Source of the DNA: Octopus sinensis
Taxonomy: Eukaryota
Length of the DNA: 64,000 nucleotides
Reading direction: 5' to 3'
Assembly (NCBI RefSeq): GCF_006345805.1
Contig: NC_043002.1
Span: 43,648,001-43,712,000 of the forward strand
Shown here: piece after piece, positions 26,067 to 38,999 of the stretch
Layout: every line of letters starts with the position of its first letter
How positions within the stretch are numbered: the first letter of the stretch is position 1
Position numbers and translations under genes: made by a program
Notes under the pieces: model-generated
What the model was told of the DNA's origin: nothing
The model's input: only the letters and a program-made list of their open reading frames with translations
The model's database searches: none

Positions 26067-26962
26067 ATTTCAAAAGTTAGACAGTGAAGGGGAAAATAGA
26101 CGAAAACTGGGGGAAAACATAACGGAAGTGGGAAACAAACAAGATACAAGGAACATTCGCAGCTGGTTTTCTCATTAGTTGGTTTCCGAGACGCCTTAGT
26201 GGTTTCACGCTATTTAAGCCAAAACCACTGTTATCTGACGGAAACGCCAGAGCATAGAGTTGCAGGAAAAAGCTGACAAATGTGTGCGAGGACAGGTCAA
26301 AATACGATCGCGTGTTCAATAAGAAATAATGGTATGATATAACAGACAAGGTATGGTACATACACAATAGAAAATACCTTATGGCTGTACAGGTGGCAAT
26401 AAGAATAATTATACGTATACAGTACTAAAGCAATACAATACAAACAGAAAAGGCCTTTCCGGCTATCAAGACAGACGTAGAGAGGTAGCACAAAGAAACG
26501 GAAAAAGTCCTTGACGGTCAGAACACAAACGTGTCTGGTTAGGTCAACAGCAGGCCGAAGAAGAACGACGCGTGATAGGAGAGAGGAAGGGGAATTGAGG
26601 TATTAAGGAATGAGATAGGGAAAGAGAGGGGTTGAAGAATAAGAGAGAAGGAAGGAGAGAGGGAGAAGACAGGGTCCAAGGAAGGCAATTAAGGAAAAAA
26701 GAAAAAATAGAGAAGAAAGAGGAGGGGAAGAATGAGCTAAGAGTCGCACTAAAAATATTCAGCGAATATTTTTTTACAGCTAATTAACCAAACGGGGTGC
26801 GTTGCGCTGTAATGAATATTTCAAAAGTTAGACAGGGAAGGGAAAAAAATAGGAAAACTGAGTGAAAACATAACGGACAGAAAAGGGAGACAAAAACACG
26901 ATACAAGGAACATTGGCAGCTGATTTTCTCATCAGTTGGTTTCCGTGATGCCTTAGTGGTTT
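26067..26962. mobile_element. Non-coding element with ~140-bp direct terminal repeats (Penelope/retrozyme/TRIM-like)
   Basis: 26067-26205 and 26818-26962 are diverged direct repeats (atttcaaaagttagacag...gccttagtggttt) around a purine-rich body. Confidence 0.6.
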
Positions 26963-27224
26963 TTTCCACACACATTCACTCACAAAGCATTGATCGGCCG
27001 GGAGCGGCTCTAGTAGAAGATACCTACCCAAAGCACTGCGCAGTGGGACTGAGCCCAAAGCTACGTACAGCAAAGCGAGCTTCATAGCCACACAACCATG
27101 CCTGCGCTTAAAAGTAATGCATTCCCACCCTAGGATTCGAAATGGGGCTTCGCAGGTGGTAGACATGAATTCTAACCTCTAGACCATTCGAAAAGATGAA
27201 AGGTCAAATTTATTTCGAAGGATT

Positions 27225-27420
27225 TCAAATTTGGGCACAAGGCCAGCATGCTTGAGAGAATGGGTAAGTCAATTACACCGACCCCAGTGCTCAACTAGTA
27301 CTTATTTTATCGACTACGAAAGGTTGAAAGACAAAGTCGACCTCGGCGGAATTCTAACTTAGAACGTGAAAACGGACGAAATGTTGCTAAGCATTTTTCC
27401 CGGCGCGATAATGATTCTGC
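27225..27420 (-). mobile_element. SINE family B, decayed
   Basis: aaagtcgacctcggcggaatt core. Confidence 0.85.
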
Positions 27421-27559
27421 TTGTATGTTTTCTTTATCCGAACTGAAATAGCAAAAAACAAAAACATTTAATGCCTAGTTAACAACTCAATTAAATCATA
27501 AACTCAATCTGTCCTTCGACGTCATAAAGACCCATTGTGACATAAATGTTGTTTGTTAA

Positions 27560-27779
27560 CCCTTTAGCATTCAAACCGGCCATATCTGGCCAAAATATTT
27601 AACCTGTTTTATATTGAAACTGACCAGATCTCGCCTCTCACCTCAGCCCTACCATGTCATTCTACAACTAAAAAATTACATCACTGAAATCTCTAAACTA
27701 CAAGATAATACATGATTAATTCAAACCATTTTAAATAAACAAACATCACATTTGTCAGAATAATCTGAACACTAAAGGG
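27560..27779. mobile_element. piggyBac-like MITE
   Basis: TTAA|ccctttag...ctaaaggg|TTAA: TIRs and TTAA TSD. Confidence 0.85.
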
Positions 27780-28104
27780 TTAATATAATTCTTTTCAATG
27801 ATTCTTGTAGAGGTAAAGGATATCTTGGGTATTCTGTAAATACAAAGGCAGTACAGAATCTGGTTTTGGCACGACGTAGAGGAATTCTCATTTTCCCTCT
27901 TAATTTCTGTATTCCCCAAAGACAGTGAAACCCGAACAAACATATTTACACGCCGTTGCCAATTGGAAACACTGTCTTCCAGTCTTTCAGAAAACATCGT
28001 TATAGATTTTAAGAAGTGGTTTATAAATTTAGTTAATTTTAGTAGTTTTTAAAAACAATATTTCTAAATAACGTCACATGATAGCGCATATAGATAGACT
28101 GGAT

Positions 28105-28583
28105 AGAACATATAGATAGACTGGCTAGGCTTTAAAAGGGTGCAATTTTTATATTATATTATATGTATATATATATATGATCACGTGACCGAATAGTCCA
28201 TCAGCTGGTTAAAATGCGTTCGCATTGTTTTAGCCTTCGAATGACGCCACCCCGCTGGCTAAGCGAGCAGGGCAGCGGACTCGCGGTCGTAGGATCGTGG
28301 TTTCGATTCCCAGACCGGGCGTTGTGAGTGTTTATTAAGCGAAAACAGCTAAAAGCTCCACGAGGTTCCCTGCTGTAATCTTTCACCACTCTTTCTCCCA
28401 CTCTTTCTTCTGTTGGCCTGCTCGCTTAGCCAGCGGGGTGGCGTCATTCGAAGGCTAAAACAATGCGAACGCATTTTAACCAGCTGATGGACTATTCGGT
28501 CACGTGATCATATATATATATACATATAATATAATATAAAAATTGCACCCTTTTAAAGCCTAGCCAGTCTATCTATATGTTCT
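28105..28583. repeat. Apparently perfect 167-bp inverted repeat with 145-bp spacer
   Basis: 28105-28271 is the reverse complement of 28417-28583; spacer is the tRNA-like head of SINE family C. Confidence 0.95.
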
Positions 28584-29274
28584 GAGCTCAAATTCGCCGA
28601 GGCTAACTTTGCTTGTCATCTTTTCGGAGTCATTAAAATTAGAAGCAGTCGAGCAACGGCGGTGTGATGTAATTGACTAGCACACCCTACTTATTCCTAT
28701 AATTGTAAATATTTCGCAAGAAGCTAATCAATTTTCCAACTTTGTAATTGTGGCAAAGATATTAGATCTCCTGGCTAGATTCGCACCGTAATGAGAGAAT
28801 ATTCGCGTTACATATGATTAATGATAATTTTGTGAGATAATAATTAACTTTATAAAACTTTGTGTCCTACGGAAAAATACATTTGTTTTGTTCAAGCCAA
28901 GAGAGTAGATATTTGGTTTGTTAAATATTTAGTAGACTATTTTTTGTCTATAAATATACATATATATCATGTGAGTGTGTACGTGCATTTACATATATTT
29001 TGTAGGTTCTTATTTAGAGAAAGCCTTGGACAATGTTGACAGTTATTTTTGGTTAAATCTACTAATATTCGTGGCTGGTCATAGTCACTTGTGATAAGAA
29101 AATACTTTTGACTACTTTATATATCACCATCCCAGAATATCACAATTAATAATGGGAATGGAATACATTTTGAAACAAAAAGTTTGATATTCCCATGAAA
29201 GCTGACCACATAACCTAATTTGGAAGTTGATTTTACCTTCTTTTAGAATTACACCAGGTGTTTTTTTTTTTTGA

Positions 29275-29340
<66 letters not shown>

Positions 29341-29899
29341 TAAGAAAGAAAGAAAGAAAGACAAAGAAAGTAAGAAAGAGAGAGAGAGAAACCCGGTGTG
29401 ATACAATACAGTGCATATATAATTCATATATTTGAAGTTGCAATCATTCTGTGTAGTAGTTAGAATAGTCATTTTAACTGTTTTACGACAATATCTAACC
29501 CTTTTCACCTACGTTTATGCACTACATTGCTTTTATATATGAGAAAATTGCATATATTTTGCAAAGATCTATTAAAAGTTAGCATGTTTTTATTACACTA
29601 ATGTAGTAGTTCCATCAAGCAAAAGCTTGAAATAATACATGAAATAGTAACCAGCGTTTCCTAGCTAACGAAATCTGTTTATTCTATATTACTGATTCAA
29701 GGTTTGAAGATGTCGAAAAATTAGTCCGGAACTGCCATATTTGAGGAAGTATTTTATCTTTTTAGATTGTCGAACGTTGTTTTGTTCTCTCATTATATAT
29801 TAACAATAGTCTGCCATAGTATTTGTATTTCACCGCTCCTGTTATCTTTTTCTTTTCCCTGTTTTCTATAGTTTTTTTTTTTTGAAACCATTGTTCTCG

Positions 29900-30890
29900 A
29901 AAAGCAGCTGCTAAATTATCAAAGAAGTTGTTTAAATGGCTAGGAGTAAATGCACTTTAGTATTCATATTACATACCAGCTTCTGGGGGAAAACGTAACT
30001 TATTCACCAGATCTTCGTAGGTTTCGAAACTGTTGTTACCGATCAAATTTTACCCAACTTCTGTGAATGCTACCAAGAAATTTTACTCATCTGGTTTGAG
30101 CAAACTTTTAAATAGTTCATCTTTTACTAATTTCAGGCCCTCAAAATATACTTGCTTTCAATTTCTCTTAAGAAAATGTTGCTGTTATTGTTGTTTTTAA
30201 CAGAGACATAAAAAAAAATAATGTTTCGTCAGTTGTTCAATCAAATGGTAACAGAAGATGTTATCTGATGTCACACTCAAGTGTTATGGAATCTCTCTCT
30301 ATATAAACGGCAGTTTGTCTGTGCGTGTTTCTGTGTGTCTGTTTGCTTGTACCTTCACCCTGACCACGGCTTTCAACCGATTCTGATGAAACTTGATACA
30401 CACATAGCCCAATGTCATAATTCAAAACTAACGCAGCGAAAATTTTGAAAAGTTCCCCCAGTTCTGAAAAAAATCGATAAATTCGACATGGGGTCCAGAA
30501 TCAGAAACACAAACTGTCTAGGGGACGCAACTCCACCTTTTTTAACTAAAAAAAAATTTACCATCATTTTTTCCCATTTTTTTGCTATTTTTTGGCTATA
30601 ACTCTCTAAAAATGCTTTATAGTTATTTCCCTTACAAACCTGAGCAACGCCGGGCGATACTGCTAGTAAATTATATTAGTTAGTGTTATTCTCAGTGAAT
30701 AATAATCATGCCAATTCCAATATGAAATATTACGACTCATTGTAATTAGTCAACTCTGGTCTATCAGCTCTATGATAAAAGGTATTTCAACCGTAATCAC
30801 CTTATACATGTAATGGAAATTTGAGAGTATAATTCGATGGACGCTTGACTGCTATATCAAACAGGCAAATTAATGAAGCTCCCTCGTTAA
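29900..30890 (-). other. Paralogous module J (promoter 30243-30291 resuming at 30667 after a Helitron)
   Basis: atgttatctgatgtcacactcaagtgttatggaa|taaattata aligns gap-free with gtgttatttgacgtcacatataactgtgatgtcacaaattata (24354-24396); donor candidates CTG|GTATGT 29976-29971 and ATGA|GTAAAA ~30085. Confidence 0.55.
30292..30666 (+). mobile_element. Complete non-autonomous Helitron
   Basis: A|TC...hairpin cctgagcaacgccggg...CTAG|T; near-identical copy at 57301-57684. Confidence 0.92.
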
Positions 30891-30980
30891 TGAAAATACT
30901 GAGAATTAACGAGGGTCTATCGTTAATGAAGACAGTACAAATTAATAAGGCTTTATCGTTAATGCAGAACGTACAAATTT
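30867..30980. repeat. Three ~37-bp minisatellite units
   Basis: aattaa....tcgttaatg recurs three times. Confidence 0.8.
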
Positions 30981-32789
30981 AGGTTTTGACTCGATGTACA
31001 GGATTTCTTCAAGTTCTTTAGATCAATAATTTTCATTTTATCTGATAGTTTTTTATTCCCCAATGATATTGCAACTATAACAAAGTTATGTAAACACATT
31101 AGTGGCAGTTGGCAGCATTCTCTCAGCCTCTTTGAAATTAGTTTATACTTTTGAAGAAGCAGTTCCTGAAATTAATTTAACTGCTGCAACTTTTAAGGTG
31201 TAGTTGCTCGATATTCGAACTCAAATATATTCTAGGTACGTATACTTGCGTGCGTGCGTACGTTTAATCAGTACCTTCTTAGAGATTTTTCTATTCGTTC
31301 TTTTAGCTCTTAGTTCTACACATAACATCGATTGGGAAATATGATATTCTCCAATTATGTTTAACACAAAATAAAACTGCATGTGATGTGAAAACGTAGA
31401 ACGGATATAGAGCAGGTTGAATGGATTTAGTTCTGGACTTCATGGTCATCGCGCTTCAATTCAAGTCCGCGCCAGGTTTCTTTGCATCGTGAGAAAGAGC
31501 ATACGAATTTTTTTATCGCATCATGGAAATGGAAATTAGATCTTGTGATCATATTAACAACGATTGATTTGAAACATAGTCAGAGATAATAGAGACAATC
31601 CGTGCCCCCTTTAATAATAGAGTTGTGAGATGATGACTGTCTATGAATTTTCATGACTAAAAAGAAACAATGTAATTTTTCTTTTGCTTAAACCGATTGA
31701 AAATAATGTAGTAGGCTCTTTTACAAAAATACACGTTCATTTGTTGATATAGATTCGTAAATCAGTGTATATGCGTACATTACACTTATATATGTTTTGT
31801 CGGTATTTTTTCTTATCTCTTCTAGTCAAATCCCACCAGGAGGAAATGTTCAACTAAAATGACTCCACTATTTGAGTTTTAGTTATTTTGTAGACACAAC
31901 ATAATAAAGAATACATAATAAAGAATAATTATATATGCATGAGGTTATTTTGGGAGGAAAAGTTTCATATATTCTCAGAATATATTACACCGTTAGGTTT
32001 TGGAATTTTTTTTCTTTAGAATTCGATCAAACATGGTAAATAACAAAGTCTAGTTAGATTAATTCTATTCTAAAGAAATATACCCAGCTTACGTGATAAT
32101 AATGGCATACTTTTGTAAATCAAACTTAATATATGTTGAAAGTACAAACAAATGTTTCATATCACTCAAAGTTTGCTTGATCATTTCTGCTATTACTATT
32201 ATTTCCGTATTTAGGATGTATCATATAAGAATCTAATTAAATCAAAACATATTTCTCTCATTGTTTCGCTCTCACCCTCGCCATATATGCACACACACAC
32301 ACACACACATGTATATCAGTATATATGTCTTCTAACAAGAGAGCATTTTAGCAGTATTGATACGGAGCATTTAAGAAGAATGGCCAGCATGGCCGCAGTC
32401 AAATGACTGAAACAAGTAAAAAGAAAAAAGAAAGAAAGAAATGATATATGGATAGGAAAGGTGATAACAAACAAGAGTAATTTTAAATCTACAAATACTG
32501 AAAAAAAAAAGAATAATAAATACCTCTTAAAATAGTATGACTAGTAGAACTAATAAGGTTAAGGAAAAAACTAAAATAAAGATCCAGCACAATCGCACTA
32601 TATGAAAAATTTAAGCAAGCTGAATAGGAAGAAGAAAATAAATGTCAAACCCAATAGAAGTTCCTTTATATAAGAGGGTGAATGTCCTAATAACAAATGT
32701 AATCTGCCCCAATGGTAAGCTCCGTAACAGGGATATATTGTAATATAACCCAATATTTGACGGGCAGCCGAGCTTTCCCTTGATCTTCC

Positions 32790-33480
32790 AAAGCCCTGAG
32801 CAGTGAGCAGTGGTAATACTCCGGACGACTGTGGCCCGTAGATGGTTTTCAGGGCATCGTAGAAGCACTTTAAATTGTTGATGTCAACATTCTTCTGTAA
32901 CTCATCAGTCTTGTTCCTAAGCTAGGAATCTTTCGTCTCTTTCAGCGTAACATGTATTTTGCTTTTAGTGGCGTTGTAGGCTGCTTTCTTGAAAGCTGAT
33001 GTACTGTCTTGTTGAAAGACTCTGCAGGCCTCATGCTTCTCATTGAGCAGCTTCTGAATTTCCTCATCGGACAAATTCATTAGCATGGTATTTCAGTTTC
33101 ACTACAGAATTCTCGCTCGGGTACTGGACAGTGGAAATTCTTCCGATGCATTCCCAGTCACTAACGGAGTAAAACATGGCTATGTACTCTCACCTACACT
33201 GTTCGGAATAGTGTTCTCAGCCATACTGTCTGATGCCTTCAGCAACGACGATGAATTCAGCATCTAGATCAGATTCAGGACTGATGGTACACTCTTCAGC
33301 TTGCCGAGGCTACAAGCCAAGACCAAGGTGGAAGAGGGCTCAGTGCGTGACTTCTTGTTAGCAGATGACTGCGCATTCACAGCGTCACAAAGGCCCATAT
33401 GCAGAAGAGCATAAACTACTTTGTAGCAGCTTTGGCTTCCCAATCAGTACTGAGAAGAAAGAGGTCATGCCAAGCGAGCA
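32790..33480. mobile_element. RTE-clade LINE fragment with inverted 5' part
   Basis: 33069-33400 (+): FPVTNGVKHGYVLSPTLFGIVFS...DFLLADDCA; 33068-32790 (-): DEEIQKLLNEKHEA...FYDALKTIYGPQSSG. Confidence 0.85.
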
Positions 33481-33583
33481 TCGAACTGATTGGTCACAGT
33501 GGAACACACTGTCCCTCGTCTGCTTCTATTTAATGTCATTCGTTATCTTTGATAACGACGGACGAACAAAGACACACACACAC

Positions 33584-33669
<86 letters not shown>

Positions 33670-33674
<5 letters not shown>

Positions 33675-33831
33675 TTAGAGATAAAACCACTATTAGGCAA
33701 ATCAAACAGTGAAAATCATAAACCAATACATATAAATAAAATTAATTAATAAAAAATATATAAAATATAAAATTCAAAATTTAAATTATTTAAATTTGAT
33801 TTGCCTAATAGTGGTTTTATCTCTAATTTAA
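33670..33831. repeat. 37-bp perfect inverted repeat embedded in (TA)n
   Basis: ttaaattagagataaaaccactattaggcaaatcaaa and its reverse complement at 33795-33831. Confidence 0.9.
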
Positions 33832-33928
33832 TATATATATATATATTTATGCTATAAGATTTGATTTAATCCTAAATCTAATATTTCCCTGTAACTTTGG
33901 ATTTACTCCCTATATATTATATATATAT

Positions 33929-33985
<57 letters not shown>

Positions 33986-34146
33986 CGGAAGCTTTATGAA
34001 AATAGACAAAAGACGAAGGCAGGTTTACGGAAATAAACAGAAGACGAAGGCAGGTGGAATAGTTAATCCAAACAAGAAGACACAAAAAAAACACACCAAC
34101 GCGAGGACGTGGAACAAAGTATTATTGGACGCTCAGGAAAGAAGGG

Positions 34147-34243
<97 letters not shown>

Positions 34244-34699
34244 GTGTGTATATATGTATGCACGCGACAGGCTCCCATAAGTTTCCACCAGCTAAATTCA
34301 CTCTCAAGACATTTGTCAGTCCTGTACTATTGTATAAGATGTTTGCCCAAGATGTTGCGCAATGGAATTGAACCTGAAACCACGTGCAGTCATAACGCTT
34401 AAATTTTACAAATTTGAAGAGTAATTTTCCTTGATATGCACATTTTATTTTATAAATTCATTTACCAGTGTCTTTACGTGTTTGTGTGTGTGTGTGCGCG
34501 CGTGCGTATGTCTGCACTTGTATTTTTTATAAGTGCATATTTAAAAGTTACTTTGTATGTTTGTGTGTGCGGATATGTTTGTAGTCATTAAATTGATTAC
34601 TGTTTAGATTCGTATTTCAGCTTTTTACATGAGCATTCAACATGTTTAATTTGCAAACAGAACATTCTTTTCTCCTGCCCTCTTTGTAATAGAAAATGA

Positions 34700-35095
34700 A
34701 GTGAGTCAATAACATTTTTAAAAACTTTTAATTTCTGAAAAAGTTTTCAGTAGTCAAATACATGTTTACTCATGTCATACGAATTATTATCGCACAATAT
34801 ATGAAAAAATTACTGCATGAGTAAAGTCAAGTTGATGTATTCAGTTCTACATCAGTTTATCTATACTTCTTGTTTCATATCATCGCAGTAATGATTTGTT
34901 TTTGTCATATTGCCTGATATGATAACCAGGAAATGTTTCTATTTATCTGGTGTCATATGTGACGACTTTGAGTAAACTATTGGTTTTGTGTCTGATACAG
35001 CCAATAATAGTTTCATTCATTAAAGCAAAATGATAAATATCTGGCTTTCTTTACATGTGCAGCGAGATCTTTACACGCATAAAGGTATACATAAA
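34700..35095 (-). other. Tentative paralogous module H
   Basis: tcaataacat, tttactca, aaatgataa...cataaagg in the same order and similar spacing as module A; CRE sites not recognisable. Confidence 0.3.
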
Positions 35096-35182
35096 GACAC
35101 ATTCAAATTTTGTTTATCTATCTATCTCTCTATACACACACATGCATACGTACATACATACATACATACATACATACATACA

Positions 35183-35213
<31 letters not shown>

Positions 35214-35225
35214 GTATATATGTAC

Positions 35226-35274
<49 letters not shown>

Positions 35275-35610
35275 GATTCCGAAACAATTTGTATAATTTA
35301 AATTGGATCTGTACCAACCTGGATTATGAATTAATGATTGTTTACTACTACAATTGTTTCCATTTCCCTATACTTCATTTATTGCTTCTGCAAATACTGA
35401 ATATATATTTTTTTTATATATTCTTTGCTTGGACTGTACCAGCGGACTCGGATGTTTGACATCCTCACCTCTTTTATACACACACACACACACATATATA
35501 TATATAAACAGATACATACATACATATACATTATATTTTATATTTCTCTCTTTCAATATGTATATGCATATATATATATATATGCATACATACATACATA
35601 CATACATATA

Positions 35611-35655
<45 letters not shown>

Positions 35656-36388
35656 AGCTTAGAGAAGAAAGAGAAACGAAACGAAACGAATCGACGCGAG
35701 GGCGCTCAGTCATACAATAGTGTAATAAATAAAATATATGCATACATACAAATATATATGTACGTACCTACATCTACATGTATATATACATGCATACATA
35801 AAAATATATACATGTGTACAGGACACCACAAATAAACGTAGAACTCAACGAGAAACGAAAAAGTAAAAACAGCATGGAACGGACCATTTTTTTAACAACG
35901 AAAAAATAGAGTACAAGACAACTACACAAGGAAAAATCCCCTTCATTAGCTGTCCCTAGTTCAACTCCAGCGTGTTTCGAAGGTGAGGACAGAACACGTC
36001 TCGTCAAACTAATCCTTCCTGCGAAAGAATTAAATATAATTCCTTTGCAGAGGGGTAAAAACAAGGAAAAAAAATGTGACAAAAACAGGACGTAAAAACA
36101 ATACAATTAAAAACAGATACAAAATAAAAATACAATTACAAAAAATACAGTGCAAGGAGGAATAGAAACAGGACAGGAAAACAAATAATGAGGGCGTGTG
36201 TGTGTGTGTGTATAAATATATATCTGTAAATGTAATATGTGACAATTTTACAGATAAATTCCTCTATTTACATAATATCGAGGTCTCTTTCATTCTTTTG
36301 TTGTCTTGCCATTTTTATCAATACATACATACACACACATATATACATACACACACACACACACGCACACGCGCACACACACACACAT

Positions 36389-36443
<55 letters not shown>

Positions 36444-36489
36444 ATATTTGAATGTGTACATATGTATTATGTACGTATGTGTACATATT

Positions 36490-36521
<32 letters not shown>

Positions 36522-37347
36522 AGAAATATACAGAGAGGGATGGGTTGAAAATCCAGCAGAAAACACTATCACTAATATTTAGAATATTCAGGCTATGACT
36601 GTTTCATCTATACTTATAATTATACATCAAGTAACAATCACTTCATCGAGGATATCAGGAGTAGGAGTAGGATTTACAAAATTCAATGTTTAGATCGAAA
36701 ATCCAAAGATAAATAGAATGGAATGAAAAAAAGAATAGAATTAAAGAGAAAAGATAAAGATTCAAAAAGAAGAAGAAATAAAAAGGAAGAAATATATAAT
36801 AAAGCATACAATGATAAAACATAGAAATACAGAAAAAGTATAAGTATATATTTTCTGAAGTTGGACGTTGGAATAATTAGGTCAATAAATATCTGTCTAG
36901 ATAATATCTTAGACTATCATTTAGATTCACGCGATGCTAATGGTTTTAAGAATTTTTAACACTAAAGTTAACGCCATAATGAAGATTAGTACATACAAGA
37001 TTAAGAAACATCAAATAACTTCTGTATAAACAGATTTATAGATGCCGATACGAACACATTAATACACGTGCATTCATAAAAGTAAGTATTCATATTATAT
37101 TTATGATATCATTACACTTATATAGTATGTATATATATATATATATACGTATGTGCATGTGTGTGCGTGCGTGTATTTGTGTTGTGTGCTTGTGTCTGTG
37201 TGTGTGAGATTGTATGTGTGTGTGTGTGTGTGTGCAAATCTATATATTTAAATGAATGTATGCTTTATAAATACTAGATGCGGATAGGTATTGTTATTCA
37301 TGCACACGCCCACTTACAAGAGTTGTATGCGCAGAATATCTATTACA

Positions 37348-37492
<145 letters not shown>

Positions 37493-37496
37493 CTAT

Positions 37497-37556
<60 letters not shown>

Positions 37557-37558
<2 letters not shown>

Positions 37559-37940
37559 GAGGTGCAATGGCCCAGTGGTTAGGGCAGCGGACTCGCGGTC
37601 GTAGGATCGCGGTTTCGATTCCCAGACCGGGCGTTGTGAGTGTTTATTGAGCGAAAACACCTAAAGCTCCACGAGGCTCCGGCAGGGATGGTGGTGATCC
37701 CTGCTGTACTCTTTCACCACAACTTTCTCTCACTCTTACTTCCTGTTTCTGTTGTACCTGTATTTCAAAGGGCCAGCCTTGTCACTCTCTGTGTCACGCT
37801 GAATATCCCCGAGAACTACGTTAAGGGTACACGTGTCTGTGGAGTGCTCAGCCACTTACACGTTAATTTCACGAGCAGGCTGTTCTGTTGATCGGATCAA
37901 CCGGAACCCTCGTCATCGTAACCGACGGAGTGCTTCCAAA
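37557..37940 (+). mobile_element. tRNA-derived SINE family C, full length
   Basis: tggcccagtgg A-box and ggtttcgattccc B-box followed by ~300 bp body; head also at ~28270, decayed at ~2750 and ~1365. Confidence 0.88.
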
Positions 37941-38498
37941 TATATATATAATATATATATATATGTATGTATATATATATATGTATATATACATATATAC
38001 CTATATATATATATATATATTGACATATATTAATCCATATACCTGAATTACAGATACATATATTAACTCCTTACTTATAATGTTTGTCATACATGTTAAG
38101 GCACATTTCATTTGTTAGGTATTAATACCATAATACTTATATATACCACAATATAAATTAACCATACGCTGTAGGAGAATTAGCAATGCCGCATGATACA
38201 GAAACATTAATATAAAAACATGACAATATATATGTGTGTATGTGTATGTGTGTGAATGTGTATGTATGTGTGCGTATGTGTGCGTATGTGTGTGCATGCG
38301 TATATATATGCATATATATGCGTATACATATGTATACGTATATGCATGTATATATGTATATGCATATATGTACATATATATATGTATATATGTATGCATA
38401 TATATACACGTATATGTATATATATATGTTTGTATATATGTATGTTTGTATATATGTATGTTTGTATATATATATATGTTTGTATATATATATATGTT

Positions 38499-38535
<37 letters not shown>

Positions 38536-38999
38536 CATATATATATATATGTATATATATATGTACATATATATGTATATGTATATAATTATATGTATAT
38601 GCATATGTACACTATACCTATATATGTAAACTGGCGAAAATAATTTTAAGATCGATGATAAAACTTATTTTTCTTAGAAAATATTTTGTTACTAACACCA
38701 TACAAATTATTCTCATCTTTTACAGCTTATGTGGAATTTATTTCTCTTTCGAATGATGCAGACCATAACTTCTTTTATACAATTTGAAGAATTCTAATGC
38801 TAAATTAATATAAACGATTTAAATTTACCGGCAAAATTAGTTTAAGACCATGTAATATGCATGCTAATTTTTTTGCCAAAATGGGTGGTCACACAACGAG
38901 CCTAAATTCACTATATAGTGTTATAATTTGACGTTATTATACAATTGATTAATAATGGGAAAACAACGTAGCCTCAGTCCAGTCACGAGAGCAAAAATC

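Larger units (their letters stand above)
25150..27830 (-). other. Paralogous module E (promoter 27460-27555; body split by TEs)
   Basis: catttaatgcctagtta matches catttaattccttgtta of module C; cgacgtca 27517 and ttgtgaca 27535; 25500-25570 aligns with 3410-3480. Confidence 0.55.

Noticed and set aside
37557-37635. tRNA gene
   Set aside because: A/B boxes are followed by a ~300-bp repeated body; this is a SINE head, as are the other tRNA-like heads in the window.
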